Source of the DNA: Brenneria bubanii
GTDB taxonomy: Bacteria; Pseudomonadota; Gammaproteobacteria; Enterobacterales; Enterobacteriaceae
DNA: 64,000 nucleotides
NCBI GenBank assembly: GCA_022378355.1
Contig: JAKMAJ010000010.1
Location: 105,719 to 169,718 of the forward strand
Reading direction: 5' to 3'
The translations under genes were made by a program, and so were the position numbers. Below, piece after piece: positions 40,204 through 51,227 of the stretch. The notes under the pieces were generated by a model. That model saw only the letters and a list, made by a program, of their open reading frames with translations, searched no databases and was not told the origin of the DNA. The first letter of the stretch is position 1. Each line of letters starts with the position of its first letter.

Positions 40204-41895
40204 TCACCGCTGTACTTCATCCAGGCGCTGTTCAATACGCCGGCGCGTCTCTTCGATGGCCGGCGTGTTCTGCGCCGCTAGCGTCTGCTCGAACTCACGC
40301 AGCCAGTCGCCGATCAACGCCCGCTCATCCGAGCGGGATTGCGCCCAGGCCTTCTCCAGTCGGGCCAGCAGGTTACGGTTGACCAAATTGTCTCTGGGAT
40401 GAATTTTCAACGCCCTTAAGCGCTGACGGCTGGTCTCCCGCTGCTGCTGACTGAGTCCGTTAGGGCTGCGATCAATCACTTTGCTGAACGCGTCTCCGCT
40501 ATCGGGCAGGCTGACGTCCACTTCAAGCAATCCGTTGATGTCATAGCTAAAGCGAACATCAATAGACTGTTGATAATCCTGTGGTTTTATCGACATATCA
40601 AATTCATCAATAAAAACATTATTGGCGACGTAGGGGCTTTCCCCCTGATAGATGGCGATACAGATACTGTCCTGACCGGGTGAAGAGGTGCTGAAGGTCT
40701 CTATCCGAGACGTCGGCACTACCGTATTTCGCTCTAATATCGGCGAGAAAAGGCCGTTCCGCGTATCGTTTGCCGTTCTGATGCCGAGGGTATACGGGCA
40801 GACATCGGTCAGGATCACTTCCTCAATATCCTGTTCACGCAACCGACAGGCGGCCTGCGCCGCGGCGCCCTGGGCAACCACCGTGTCGGCATTCAGATGT
40901 TGATACGGCAGCTTGCCGAAGAGCCTGACGACCAGCTTCTGAATAACGGACATTTTCGACGCCCCGCCCACCAGCACCACGTGATCCAGCTGTTCGGGCT
41001 TCAAACGCGCATCATGCAACGCTTGTTCAATCGGCGCGCGTATTCGGTTCAGCAGCGGCAACCAGGCCGTCTCTATCGATTGCTCATCCGCCGCCATAGG
41101 CCAGTCTTGCTCTCGCCAGCGCCAAAGCATGGCGTTCGCGGCGGCAGGATACCCCGGCTGGCACTTCAGGGCTTCGGCATGACTGTACAGTCCCGCCAGA
41201 TCCTGCGCCGGAATATCTCGCTCATCCAGTTTCCACTGCTGCAAACAGGCTTTTACTATCGCCTGAGTAAAATCCTCGCCGCCGAGGTAATTGTCTCCCG
41301 CCGAGCTATGCACCTCAATCAGGGGAAACGCGTATTCCAGCACCGTAACGTCAAAGGTTCCGCCGCCCAGATCGAATACCAGAGTCCGCCCCAGATCCTG
41401 GGTGTGCAGACCGTAGGCCATCGAGGCGGCGGTCGGTTCGTTAATCAGCCGTACCGCATTCAGCTCAGCCAGTTCCGCCGCAAAACGCGTCTGCTTGCGC
41501 TGCTCATCGCTAAAATAAGCCGGAACGGAAATCACCACATCCTTGACGGCGCAGCCAAGAAAACTTTCGGCGTCCGCCTTGAGTGATTTTAATACCATGG
41601 CCGAAAGCTCGGTGGGGGAAAACGTCTGCTCGCCCAGCCGGAACGACTTTTGACTGCCCATATAGCGTTTGAACAGCGACGCCGACAGCTGGGGATGCGT
41701 CGTCAGGCGAGACACCGCAGGTTTGCCGACCAGAATGCTGCCGTCGTCGTCAATACTGATCGCTGACGGCGTGGCGTATTCCCCCAACGCGTTTGGGATC
41801 AGCTCGGCTTTCCCGTTCCGCCAGACGCAAATCAGGCTATTGGTGGTTCCCAGATCGATACCGATGGCCAGAGAGGCCTGCTGGGAATGAGTCAT
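40204..41895 (-). CDS. hscC: Hsp70-family chaperone HscC
   Basis: Colinear with E. coli HscC/YbeW (…LAIGIDLGTTNSLI.VW…GEY.TPS.IS.D…LVGKPAVSR…DVVISVPAYFSDEQRK.TR.AAELA.LNAVRLINEPTAA.MAYGLH…FDLGGGTFDVTVLEYA.P.IEVH.SAGDN.LGGEDFT…). Start at MTHSQQ with a GAGGAA Shine-Dalgarno. Confidence 0.85.
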   Translation of the reverse strand: MTHSQQASLAIGIDLGTTNSLICVWRNGKAELIPNALGEYATPSAISIDDDGSILVGKPAVSRLTTHPQLSASLFKRYMGSQKSFRLGEQTFSPTELSAMVLKSLKADAESFLGCAVKDVVISVPAYFSDEQRKQTRFAAELAELNAVRLINEPTAASMAYGLHTQDLGRTLVFDLGGGTFDVTVLEYAFPLIEVHSSAGDNYLGGEDFTQAIVKACLQQWKLDERDIPAQDLAGLYSHAEALKCQPGYPAAANAMLWRWREQDWPMAADEQSIETAWLPLLNRIRAPIEQALHDARLKPEQLDHVVLVGGASKMSVIQKLVVRLFGKLPYQHLNADTVVAQGAAAQAACRLREQDIEEVILTDVCPYTLGIRTANDTRNGLFSPILERNTVVPTSRIETFSTSSPGQDSICIAIYQGESPYVANNVFIDEFDMSIKPQDYQQSIDVRFSYDINGLLEVDVSLPDSGDAFSKVIDRSPNGLSQQQRETSRQRLRALKIHPRDNLVNRNLLARLEKAWAQSRSDERALIGDWLREFEQTLAAQNTPAIEETRRRIEQRLDEVQR

Positions 41896-42184
41896 GCTGT
41901 AGTTCCTCTCTTTTCTTCCATTAAACCGATACGCAGAAATAGGTCGACACCGGAGCAGCAACATTGAAGATTGCCCTGACCTCGTCTGGCGACAGGCCGG
42001 CATTATAAACCACCGAATCATGAAAGCGATCGTTGTGCTTATTTTTACTCGGTTATGGCCGTTTATGCGGGGTCGAATCGGGGGACAAGAACAGAAGTGA
42101 TAACGCGTGGCGGCGACGGGCGTCGGTGGCGCAAGACGCAGAAGGCGACAATATTCGCCGCCTTCTGCGGATCAGGTTAACGCG

Positions 42185-43369
42185 TTAACCCCAAACCTGG
42201 TCGGCGATGGCCTTCACCAGCGCGATTTTCGCCCACTGTTGCTCTTCCGACAGAATGTTGCCCTCTTCCGTGGAGGCAAAACCACACTGGGTACTGAGGC
42301 ACAGGCGCTCAAGCGGGATATAGCGTGTCGCTTCGTTGATACGATTAATCACCGCCTGCTTATCTTCCAGTTCGCCCAGCTTCGAGGAGATCAGCCCCAG
42401 CACTACCTGCTTATTGCCGGAAACCTGCGCCAGCGGCGAAAAATCGCCGGCCCGTTCGGTATCAAACTCAAGGTAGTAGGCAGAAACATTTTCACGGGCA
42501 AACAGGATATCGGCCACCGGCTGATAGCCGCCGCTGGCGGCCCAGGATGAGTGGTAGTTGCCGCGGCAAACGTGGGTAGTCAGCGCCAGATCCGCGGGCG
42601 CGCCTTCAATCGCGGCATTGTTGACCTTTAAATACAACTCGGCCAGCGTATCAACTTTGCTATTCTTCGGCACTTCGCCGTGGGAATGACCACAGCCGCA
42701 GCCGCCATCGGTGGATTTCGGCGTATCCGCCGCGCCCGCGCCGGCAAATTTCGGATCGACCAGCATGCCCCAGGTACAATCATCCAGTTGAAGATTGCGA
42801 CAACCGGCGGCATAAATTTCTTTGATAAAGGTCTGGTATGCGCTGGCGATATCCGCCACCAGCTCGTCTTGCGTCGGGTAGACCTCACTCGTCAGCGCCT
42901 TATTGTCCGGACGTTGAAGTTCAGCCAGAAACTGAGCCGGCGAGGGAACCGTCATGCGCGGCACGATGCCCGGTTCGGCAAACTGGAGCAGGAATTTGAA
43001 ATGTTCGACAAACGCATGGTTCCCGCCGGAAATTTTTCCGGTCAGACGGGCGGTTTCCGCGCGCGTCTCTTTGTCGGCAAAGACGTATCCCTTGGAGATA
43101 GCCGCTTTTTCAACGCCGTTCAACGCCCACATGAAGTCCAGATGCCACCAGCTGCGACGAAACTCGCCGTCGGTGATCACCTGTAATCCAGCGCGTTTTT
43201 GTTTCTCAACCAGTTCGCTAATCGCCTGGTCTTCAACCAGCGTCAGCTGCTCGGCGGACAGTTCGCCTTTGGCAAACTGCGTGCGCGCATCGTGAAGATA
43301 CTGGGGACGAAGGTAGCTGCCGACAACGTCGGCACGAAAAGGAGGGATTTGCTGTTGTGGTGCGCCCAT
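42185..43369 (-). CDS. Cobalamin-independent methionine-synthase-like protein (MetE C-terminal-domain family, YxjG/YxjH-like 5-methyltetrahydropteroyltriglutamate-homocysteine methyltransferase)
   Basis: MetE C-terminal UroD-like fold motifs (…LQVITDGEFRR…WHLDF…HVCRGN…CGF…). Start at M18 (MGAPQQQ). Confidence 0.7.
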   Translation of the reverse strand: MGAPQQQIPPFRADVVGSYLRPQYLHDARTQFAKGELSAEQLTLVEDQAISELVEKQKRAGLQVITDGEFRRSWWHLDFMWALNGVEKAAISKGYVFADKETRAETARLTGKISGGNHAFVEHFKFLLQFAEPGIVPRMTVPSPAQFLAELQRPDNKALTSEVYPTQDELVADIASAYQTFIKEIYAAGCRNLQLDDCTWGMLVDPKFAGAGAADTPKSTDGGCGCGHSHGEVPKNSKVDTLAELYLKVNNAAIEGAPADLALTTHVCRGNYHSSWAASGGYQPVADILFARENVSAYYLEFDTERAGDFSPLAQVSGNKQVVLGLISSKLGELEDKQAVINRINEATRYIPLERLCLSTQCGFASTEEGNILSEEQQWAKIALVKAIADQVWG

Positions 43370-43697
43370 ATTGATTCGGTCTCTGTTTTTCATTTTAAGA
43401 TGATGAAAAGAGACTATCACGTAACATTCGCTCGCTGAGCTGAAAACTCTTCACCCGGCGAGCTCAACTTGAATTTTTTTCATCATGCCGCATAAGGCGT
43501 CGTCGGGAAACCCTATCCATCGCGGCGGATTATTCATCGACTCAAACAGGCGCTAGCACGGGTATGCGATGATGAATTCACGCCTATCGCGCCTGCCGCC
43601 ATTGATTTTAACTATAATTGACCTCATCTTAACGGTTAATCAGCTATTTATATCAGCCTTGTCGGTCGATTCGGCCCCACAACATCAGGACTGCGCC

Positions 43698-45740
43698 ATG
43701 ACGAATCCATTACTGTCTCCATTTACCCTTCCCCCTTTTTCCAAAATTAAAACCGCAGACATCGTCCCGGCGGTAAAAGCCGCGCTGGAAACGTGCCGTC
43801 AGACCGTTGAGAATGTGGTGGCGCAGCCCGGCCCCTTTACCTGGGATAATCTCTGCCAGCCCCTGGCCGACAGCGGCGACCGCCTCAGCCGTATCTTTTC
43901 GCCGGTCGGCCACCTGAATGCGGTAAAAAACAGTCCGGAGCTGCGCGGCGTCTACGAGCAATGTCTGCCGTTGCTGTCCGAATACGGCACCTGGGTCGGT
44001 CAGCATGCCGGACTGTATCAGGCATATCGTAGTCTGAAAGACGGAGAACATTACGCCGCCTTGAGCGTGGCGCAGAAGAAATCCGTCGACAATGCGCTGC
44101 GTGATTTTGAACTGTCCGGCATTGGCCTGACGCCCGAAAAACAGAAGCGCTATGGTGAAATTTCCGCCCGCCTGTCCGAACTGAGTTCGCTGTTCAGCAA
44201 CAATGTGCTGGATGCCACCATGGGCTGGAGCAAAACCATTGCCGACGTTTCCGAGCTGGAAGGCATGCCGGAAAGCGCCTTGGCCGCCGCCAAAGCGCTG
44301 GCGGAAGCCAAAGGACAGGAAGGCTGGCTGCTGACGCTGGATATGCCGAGCTATCTGCCGGTAATGACCTACTGCGCCAATCAGGCGCTGCGCGAAGAGA
44401 TGTATCGCGCCTACACCACGCGCGCTTCCGACCAGGGGCCAAACGCCGGCAAATGGGATAACAGCGAAATAATGACCGAGAAGATGACGCTGCGTCATGA
44501 ACAGGCGCAACTGCTCGGTTTCAAGAGCTATGCCCATAAGTCCCTGGCGACTAAAATGGCGGAAAATCCGCAACAGGTGATTGATTTTCTAACCGATCTG
44601 GCCAAACGCGCCCGTCCGCAGGCGGAAGAAGAGCTGGCGCAACTGCGCGCCTTCGCCAAAAAACATTACGGCGTTGAGGCATTGCAGCCGTGGGATATCA
44701 GCTACTACAGCGAACAGCAGAAACAGCATCTTTATTCCATCAGCGATGAGCAACTCCGCCCCTATTTCCCGGAACAACGTGTCGTCGAGGGGCTGTTCGA
44801 AGTGGTCAAGCGCATCTATGGCGTTACCGCCAAAGAGCGCAAGGATGTGGACGTATGGCATCCGGAAGTGCGTTTCTTCGATCTGTTTGACGAAAACGGC
44901 GAACTGCGCGGCAGTTTCTACCTCGATCTCTACGCGCGCGAACATAAACGCGGCGGCGCCTGGATGGACGACTGCGTCGATAACCTGCGCAAAGGCGATG
45001 GCGAGCTGCAAAAACCGGTCGCCTACCTGACCTGCAACTTCAACCGTCCGGTCAGCGGTAAGCCGGCGTTGTTCACCCATGATGAAGTCACCACGCTGTT
45101 CCACGAGTTCGGCCACGGTCTGCACCACATGCTGACCAGAATTGATACCGCTGGCGTCTCCGGCATTAGCGGCGTGCCGTGGGACGCCGTCGAACTGCCG
45201 AGCCAGTTTATGGAAAACTGGTGCTGGGAGCCGCAAGCACTGGCCTTTATCTCCGGGCATTATGAAACCGGCGAGCCGCTGCCGCAGACCATGCTGGACA
45301 AAATGCTGGCGGCGAAAAATTACCAGGCGGCGCTGTTTATCCTGCGTCAGCTTGAGTTCGGCCTGTTTGATTTCCGTCTGCATGCCGAGTTCGACCCGGC
45401 CAAAGGCGCGCAAATTCTGCCGACGCTGGCCGAAGTCAAAGCGCAGGTGGCCGTGGTGCCAAGCCCAAGCTGGGGACGCTTCCCGCACGCCTTTAGTCAT
45501 GTCTTCGCCGGCGGTTATGCGGCGGGCTATTACAGCTATCTGTGGGCTGACGTGCTGGCGGCGGATGCCTATTCCCGTTTCCAGGAGGAAGGGATTTTCA
45601 ATCGCGCCACCGGCCAGTCGTTTCTGGAGAATATCCTGTCGCGCGGCGGCTCTGAAGAACCGATGACGTTGTTCAAACGCTTCCGGGGCCGTGAGCCGCA
45701 GTTGGATGCCATGCTTCACCACTATGGCATTAAGGGATAA
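43698..45740 (+). CDS. prlC: Oligopeptidase A (M3 zinc metallopeptidase)
   Basis: Starts MTNPLLSPFTLPPFSKIK as in E. coli PrlC (MTNPLL.PF.LPPFSKI) and has the HEFGH zinc motif. The track ORF begins at 43569 with an unsupported 43-aa extension. Confidence 0.9.
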   Translation: MTNPLLSPFTLPPFSKIKTADIVPAVKAALETCRQTVENVVAQPGPFTWDNLCQPLADSGDRLSRIFSPVGHLNAVKNSPELRGVYEQCLPLLSEYGTWVGQHAGLYQAYRSLKDGEHYAALSVAQKKSVDNALRDFELSGIGLTPEKQKRYGEISARLSELSSLFSNNVLDATMGWSKTIADVSELEGMPESALAAAKALAEAKGQEGWLLTLDMPSYLPVMTYCANQALREEMYRAYTTRASDQGPNAGKWDNSEIMTEKMTLRHEQAQLLGFKSYAHKSLATKMAENPQQVIDFLTDLAKRARPQAEEELAQLRAFAKKHYGVEALQPWDISYYSEQQKQHLYSISDEQLRPYFPEQRVVEGLFEVVKRIYGVTAKERKDVDVWHPEVRFFDLFDENGELRGSFYLDLYAREHKRGGAWMDDCVDNLRKGDGELQKPVAYLTCNFNRPVSGKPALFTHDEVTTLFHEFGHGLHHMLTRIDTAGVSGISGVPWDAVELPSQFMENWCWEPQALAFISGHYETGEPLPQTMLDKMLAAKNYQAALFILRQLEFGLFDFRLHAEFDPAKGAQILPTLAEVKAQVAVVPSPSWGRFPHAFSHVFAGGYAAGYYSYLWADVLAADAYSRFQEEGIFNRATGQSFLENILSRGGSEEPMTLFKRFRGREPQLDAMLHHYGIKG

Positions 45741-45753
45741 TTGGCGCTAAAGG

Positions 45754-46509
45754 ATGAAGATCAGCCTATTAGCGGAGGAAGGGGCCGATAGCGCCGCGCT
45801 GGCCTCGCTCGCCGCGCGCTGGGGATTGACAGCCGATCCTCAGGCGGTCATGGCGCTGGCGCTGACGCCGGCGCGTCTGGAACTGCGTAAACAGGATGAG
45901 CCGCGCCTGGGCGCCATCTATGTCGATTTCGTTTCGGGGCCGATGGCGCATCGTCGCCGTTTCGGCGGCGGGCGTGGTGAAGCCGTAGCCAAAGCGGTGG
46001 GAATTAAAAAAGATTACCTGCCTGACGTGGTCGATGCCACCGCCGGGCTGGGACGCGATGCGTTTGTCCTCGCCTCACTGGGGTGCCGGGTACGTATGCT
46101 GGAGAGGAATCCTGTCGTGGCGGCGCTGCTGGATGACGGACTGCGGCGCGGCTATCAGGATGCGGAGATCGGACCGTGGCTGCGCGAACGACTGACGCTG
46201 CTGCATGCCTCCAGCCTGCACGCATTGTGCGATATATCTCCGGCGCCGGACGTGGTGTATCTCGACCCCATGTTTCCGCATCGGCAAAAAAGCGCCTTGG
46301 TGAAAAAAGAGATGCGCGTATTTCAGTCATTGGTGGGAGAGGATGACGATGCCGACGCATTGCTGGCTCCCGCCCGACGGCTGGCCAAAAAACGCGTGGT
46401 GGTGAAACGGCCGGACTACGCGCCGCCGCTGGCTGGCGTGCCTGCGCAGTCGATGCTTGAAACCAAAAGTCATCGCTTCGATTTCTACCTGCCGCAACCT
46501 CAGGAATAA
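45754..46509 (+). CDS. rsmJ: 16S rRNA (guanine1516-N2)-methyltransferase
   Basis: RsmJ/YhiQ-like sequence. Syntenic position immediately after prlC, as in E. coli. Confidence 0.85.
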   Translation: MKISLLAEEGADSAALASLAARWGLTADPQAVMALALTPARLELRKQDEPRLGAIYVDFVSGPMAHRRRFGGGRGEAVAKAVGIKKDYLPDVVDATAGLGRDAFVLASLGCRVRMLERNPVVAALLDDGLRRGYQDAEIGPWLRERLTLLHASSLHALCDISPAPDVVYLDPMFPHRQKSALVKKEMRVFQSLVGEDDDADALLAPARRLAKKRVVVKRPDYAPPLAGVPAQSMLETKSHRFDFYLPQPQE

Positions 46510-46582
46510 CGCGTAAGCGAGGATTGACTCGCCATGGCGACAAGCCGGCACAACCTGCCGACCTGTCGCCATTAATCGCATT

Positions 46583-47035
46583 TTACTTCTCTTCGTCCTC
46601 GACCTCGTCGTCATCGCGCAACGGTACAATCAGCATATCGATGTGTACCGTATTAATCAGTTGACGGGCGGATGACATCAGCTTGCTCCAGAAATCCTGA
46701 TGGTGGCCGCACAACACTAAATCCATATCGTATTTCTTGATGGCATCAACCAGAATTTGCCCTAAATCGCCGCTGCCGCTCAACGTCTGCGTAATGGGAT
46801 AACCGGCGTTTTGAGAAAGCTCAAGCAGCGCATGCTGGGTTTCCTCGGAGATTCGTTGCTGCATGTCACCCAGGTTGACATCGATAAGCCCGGTGTACAG
46901 ATCGGAGTAATTCACATCAACATGAATCAACGACACTTTCGCGTTGTAGGGTTTGGCCATAGAGACCGCTTTTTCCACTAACACTTTGCTTTCCGGGGAA
47001 AGGTCGACAGCAATAAGAATATGTTTGTAAGCCAT
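46583..47035 (-). CDS. uspA: Universal stress protein A
   Basis: Near-identical to E. coli UspA ([58 protein letters not shown]…). Confidence 0.95.
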   Translation of the reverse strand: MAYKHILIAVDLSPESKVLVEKAVSMAKPYNAKVSLIHVDVNYSDLYTGLIDVNLGDMQQRISEETQHALLELSQNAGYPITQTLSGSGDLGQILVDAIKKYDMDLVLCGHHQDFWSKLMSSARQLINTVHIDMLIVPLRDDDEVEDEEK

Positions 47036-47581
47036 AATAAGACTCCTTCCATAAAGGCCAAGATTAGGTCAGCAGATTTTCTCCTGCCAATCTAACACTT
47101 AATAGTGATTTATATGATAGCACTTCGCCGCGTCACGGTATGTTCAGCAGATCACAACGACATATTTCGACAAAAAGACATAGGAAATAATCGGTTCAAC
47201 GGATAGCTAACATCTTGATTCTTCCATTAAAGACCTATTTTAAATCCTGTCAATATTATGAGCTAGTTTAGTATAAATCGCTTAAATTCACGGATGGCAT
47301 GCATGGTTTATGCTTCTAATGAGGCCATTAAGATAGAGAAAGTCGTCTAATGCGTCGATTTCACTGAATCTGTAGAAAAAAGCAGCGTTCCTCTTCTACA
47401 ATGGAAATCAGGGAGTCGGTGGGTCAGACGCCCTGGGGAGAAGGAACAATAGGGTTAACCGTGATGCATTGGTGTCATCCGGCCACACGATAAAATCACC
47501 TGAAAAGCGTGTGGCATCACTATTCTCAGCTGCACGATGGGTTTTACCACTGACGAATATGACACTTAGCGGGAGGGGAGC

Positions 47582-47917
47582 ATGATCAGTACATTTGCGC
47601 TTTTCTGGGCTTTATGTGTTGTCTGCATCATCAATATGGCGAGATATTATTCCTCATTACGTGTATTACTTCTGATATTACGTAATTGCGATCCCTTGCT
47701 TTATCAGTACGTGGACGGCGGAGGATTTTTCACAGCACATGGTCAGCCAAGTAAACAAATAAGGCTGGTACGCTATATCTATGCTCAGCGCTATCTTGAT
47801 CACCATGATCCTGAATTTATGCGCCGCTGTGAAAGGGTGCGGGGTCAGTTCCTGCTGACGACCGCCTTGTGCGGATTGGTGCTTATCAGCCTGATAGCGA
47901 TGTTGATTTGGTATTGA
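47582..47917 (+). CDS. uspB: Universal stress protein B (small inner-membrane protein)
   Basis: 111 aa, [30 protein letters not shown]…, divergent from uspA as in E. coli. Confidence 0.9.
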   Translation: MISTFALFWALCVVCIINMARYYSSLRVLLLILRNCDPLLYQYVDGGGFFTAHGQPSKQIRLVRYIYAQRYLDHHDPEFMRRCERVRGQFLLTTALCGLVLISLIAMLIWY

Positions 47918-48044
47918 ACAAATGAATGGCGATAAAAATTAAAAAGGCGATCCGTCAAGAATCGCCTTTTTTATGTTGCCCCGGTTGCCGTTTACGGTCG
48001 CGAATGCCTTGTTAAGCATTCGTCATCAACCGGCCTTACAGGCA

Positions 48045-49556
48045 CTAAATCAACTTTAATGCCAGCCAGTACAGCGAACCCGACAACACCAACGAAACCG
48101 GCAACGTCAGCACCCAGGCCAACAGGATATTTTTTACCGTCTTACCCTGAACGCCGCCGCCATCGACAATCATTGTCCCGGCTACCGCGGACGACAACAC
48201 ATGCGTGGTGGAAACCGGCATGCCGGTATAACTGGCGACGCCAATCGACAACGCGGCGGTAACCTGCGCCGATACGCCCTGCGCGTAAGTCATTCCTCGT
48301 TTACCGATTTTCTCGCCAATGGTGGTCGCCACACGTTTCCAACCCACCATGGTTCCCAAGGAAAGCGCCAGCGCCACGGCAATGATGATCCAAATCGGCG
48401 CATACTCGACGGTCTGCAACAGATCCTTACGCAAGTTGCTCAGGTAGCGTTTGTCCTCTGTCTGGGTTTCCGGCAGCTTGATAATCCGATCCATGGTATC
48501 GGCGATACACATCAGCAACCGGCGAACTTTGCCGCGATCGTCCGCATTCAACTGTTCGTAGCTTTTCAGGTTATTGAGCAAACCCAGCGTCTGATCAATG
48601 GCCACCATCACGCGGGAGCTATCGCAGTAGAATTCCGTCGCGCCGTTCTCATCCGCCGGAATGGTTTTTTCCGCCGTCGGCACCAACGGCGGCGACAGAT
48701 CGATAACATGTCCCAGCGCCGCGCCATGCTGGTGATAATATTCCTGCAGGTTCACCACCGAATCGCGGGTACGGCTAATGTCATAACCGGACGCGTTCAT
48801 GTTGACGATAAACCCGGCCGGCGCCACGCCGATCAAGACCAGCATAATCAAACCGATGCCTTTCTGGCCGTCATTGGCGCCATGAGAAAAGCTGACGCCA
48901 ATAGCGGATAAAATCAGCGCGGTTCGCGTCCAGAACGGCGGCTTGCGTTTGCCGTCCTGCTTTTCACGATCGTTGGGCGTAAGGTGTACGCGTTTACGTT
49001 TTTTACTGTTGCTCCAGAAACGGCGTAGTAAAAAAACCATGACGCCCGCAATAATCATCCCCACGATCGGCGACAGAATCAACGACAGGAAAATACTGAC
49101 CATTTTGGGAATGTTAAGCGCATCCACCACCGAAGTGTCCGTCAGCAAGGCATTGGTTAAGCCAATACCGATGATGGCGCCAATCAGCGTGTGCGAGCTT
49201 GAAGCGGGGAGCCCGAAATACCAGGTGCCAAGGTTCCAGATGATGGCGGCAAGCAGCATGGAAAACACCATTGCCAGACCATGCGCTGAACTGACATTCA
49301 GCAATAGATCGGTAGGAAGCAGATGGACAATGGCGTAAGCAACGCTTAGCCCGCCCAGCAGCACCCCCAGAAAGTTAAATATGCCCGCCATAACAACAGC
49401 GAACTGCGCTTTCATTGCACGGGTATAAATAACGGTAGCGACGGCATTGGCTGTATCGTGAAAGCCATTAATGGCTTCATAGAACAATACAAACAACAAA
49501 GCCAGTATCAACATCAGGCCGGTGTAATAATCCAGTCCGGCAAATAAATGTAGCAT
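48045..49556 (-). CDS. pitA: Low-affinity inorganic phosphate transporter
   Basis: Near-colinear with E. coli PitA (MLHLFAGLD…[22 protein letters not shown]…[11 protein letters not shown]…). Confidence 0.95.
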   Translation of the reverse strand: MLHLFAGLDYYTGLMLILALLFVLFYEAINGFHDTANAVATVIYTRAMKAQFAVVMAGIFNFLGVLLGGLSVAYAIVHLLPTDLLLNVSSAHGLAMVFSMLLAAIIWNLGTWYFGLPASSSHTLIGAIIGIGLTNALLTDTSVVDALNIPKMVSIFLSLILSPIVGMIIAGVMVFLLRRFWSNSKKRKRVHLTPNDREKQDGKRKPPFWTRTALILSAIGVSFSHGANDGQKGIGLIMLVLIGVAPAGFIVNMNASGYDISRTRDSVVNLQEYYHQHGAALGHVIDLSPPLVPTAEKTIPADENGATEFYCDSSRVMVAIDQTLGLLNNLKSYEQLNADDRGKVRRLLMCIADTMDRIIKLPETQTEDKRYLSNLRKDLLQTVEYAPIWIIIAVALALSLGTMVGWKRVATTIGEKIGKRGMTYAQGVSAQVTAALSIGVASYTGMPVSTTHVLSSAVAGTMIVDGGGVQGKTVKNILLAWVLTLPVSLVLSGSLYWLALKLI

Positions 49557-49831
49557 AAGCGTTAGGCCATTTAGTGGTCATGAACGCGGCGCATTATCTG
49601 CGACAAGCAGGGGCGGGGAAAAGCGAAATATGACATTTTTTTGACTTAGCGTATTAGCCAACCTAACACAAACAACGATTAATCTATAATAATCAAATAA
49701 TTATAAATATTTACCAAAGCGAGTAAATTGTTACGCTAGTATCTCATTGAAACGAACACTACAATTTGCCTCCCTAAGGCCGCCGGCCCTGCGCATCAGA
49801 GTAGAAAAAAACCATAACCGGAGAATTCATT

Positions 49832-51040
49832 GTGGAACAGTTTGACGTTGTCATCATTGGCGCCGGCGCGGCGGGGTTATTCTGCGCCGCACAGGCTGGG
49901 CAACGCGGGCTGCGCGTTCTGCTGCTTGATAACGGCAAGAAACCCGGACGTAAAATTTTGATGTCTGGCGGCGGGCGCTGCAACTTCACCAATATGTATG
50001 CCGAACCCGCGGCGTATTTATCCGAGAATCCTCATTTTTGCAAATCCGCTCTGGCGCGATATACCCAGTGGGATTTCATCAGCCTGGTGAATAGCCACCA
50101 TATCGCTTACCACGAAAAAACCCTCGGTCAGTTGTTCTGCGATGATTCGGCCCAACAGATCGTCGATATGCTGATTAAAGAGTGCGAGCAGGCTAACGTC
50201 ACGATGCGGTTACGCAGTGAAGTGACGATGGTGGAGAAATCGAACGGCGTATTTACCCTGCAATTAGCCCATGGCCAAACGCTGCGCAGCGCCGCGCTGG
50301 TGATTGCCAGCGGCGGCCTCTCCATGCCGGGTTTGGGCGCGACGCCTTTCGGTTATCACATCGCCCGGCAATTTGGGCTGAATGTATTGCCCACGCGCGC
50401 CGCACTGGTGCCCTTTACCCTGCATAAACCGCTGCTGGATCATGTGCAAACGCTCTCCGGCGTATCGGTGCCGGCGACCATCACCGCTGAAAGTGGCGTA
50501 ACCTTTCGTGAAAACATACTGTTCACCCACCGGGGTCTTTCTGGTCCTGCGGTGCTCCAGTTATCCAGCTACTGGCAGGCCGGTGAATTCGTGACGCTCA
50601 ATTTGCTGCCGGATCAGGATATTGCATCGCTGATTAATGATGAACGCTTGGCTCACCCCAATCAGAGCCTGAAAAACACGCTGGCGCAGTGGCTGCCCAA
50701 ACGGCTGGTAGAATGCCTGCAAACCTTAGGGCAGATACCCGATGTCACGTTGAAGCAGCTCAATAGCGCGCAACAGCAACAGGTCGAGAAGAATATAGGG
50801 CAATGGCGGGTTCAGCCGAACGGCACCGAAGGCTACCGCACCGCGGAAGTCACCCTGGGCGGCGTGGACACACGCGAGTTGTCGTCAAAAACCATGGAAG
50901 CCAGCAAGGCGCCGGGGCTATATTTCATCGGCGAAGTGGTGGATGTGACCGGCTGGCTTGGCGGTTATAACTTCCAGTGGGCCTGGAGTTCCGCCTGGGC
51001 CTGCGCGCAGGCGCTGCCCGCGGCGAAACGGATCGGATAA
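49832..51040 (+). CDS. yhiN: NAD(P)/FAD-dependent oxidoreductase YhiN (HI0933/BaiN family flavoprotein)
   Basis: MEQFDVVIIGAGAAGLFCAA… with a GxGxxG FAD motif. Syntenic with E. coli yhiN next to pitA. Confidence 0.85.
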   Translation: MEQFDVVIIGAGAAGLFCAAQAGQRGLRVLLLDNGKKPGRKILMSGGGRCNFTNMYAEPAAYLSENPHFCKSALARYTQWDFISLVNSHHIAYHEKTLGQLFCDDSAQQIVDMLIKECEQANVTMRLRSEVTMVEKSNGVFTLQLAHGQTLRSAALVIASGGLSMPGLGATPFGYHIARQFGLNVLPTRAALVPFTLHKPLLDHVQTLSGVSVPATITAESGVTFRENILFTHRGLSGPAVLQLSSYWQAGEFVTLNLLPDQDIASLINDERLAHPNQSLKNTLAQWLPKRLVECLQTLGQIPDVTLKQLNSAQQQQVEKNIGQWRVQPNGTEGYRTAEVTLGGVDTRELSSKTMEASKAPGLYFIGEVVDVTGWLGGYNFQWAWSSAWACAQALPAAKRIG

Positions 51041-51227
51041 TGGCGATGGATTGATAATATGCCCCGCCATGATTGGGGAAGATAACCGTCTGCGCGGGCG
51101 ACGGATTGGTAGCGGACGATAAATTAGCAGTAAAAACAGTATTTTTTAAAGGTTATACAGGCTTGCCACCGCTGGCGACTCACGTATTCTCATCCAAGGT
51201 ATTGGATCCGCGAAAAAGGAGATGCGG

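Noticed and set aside
42185-43420. Possible MetJ or riboswitch control upstream of the MetE-like gene.
   Set aside because: No convincing AGACGTCT MetJ-box repeats or known riboswitch consensus could be recognised by eye in 43370-43568. Covariance-model tools would be needed.
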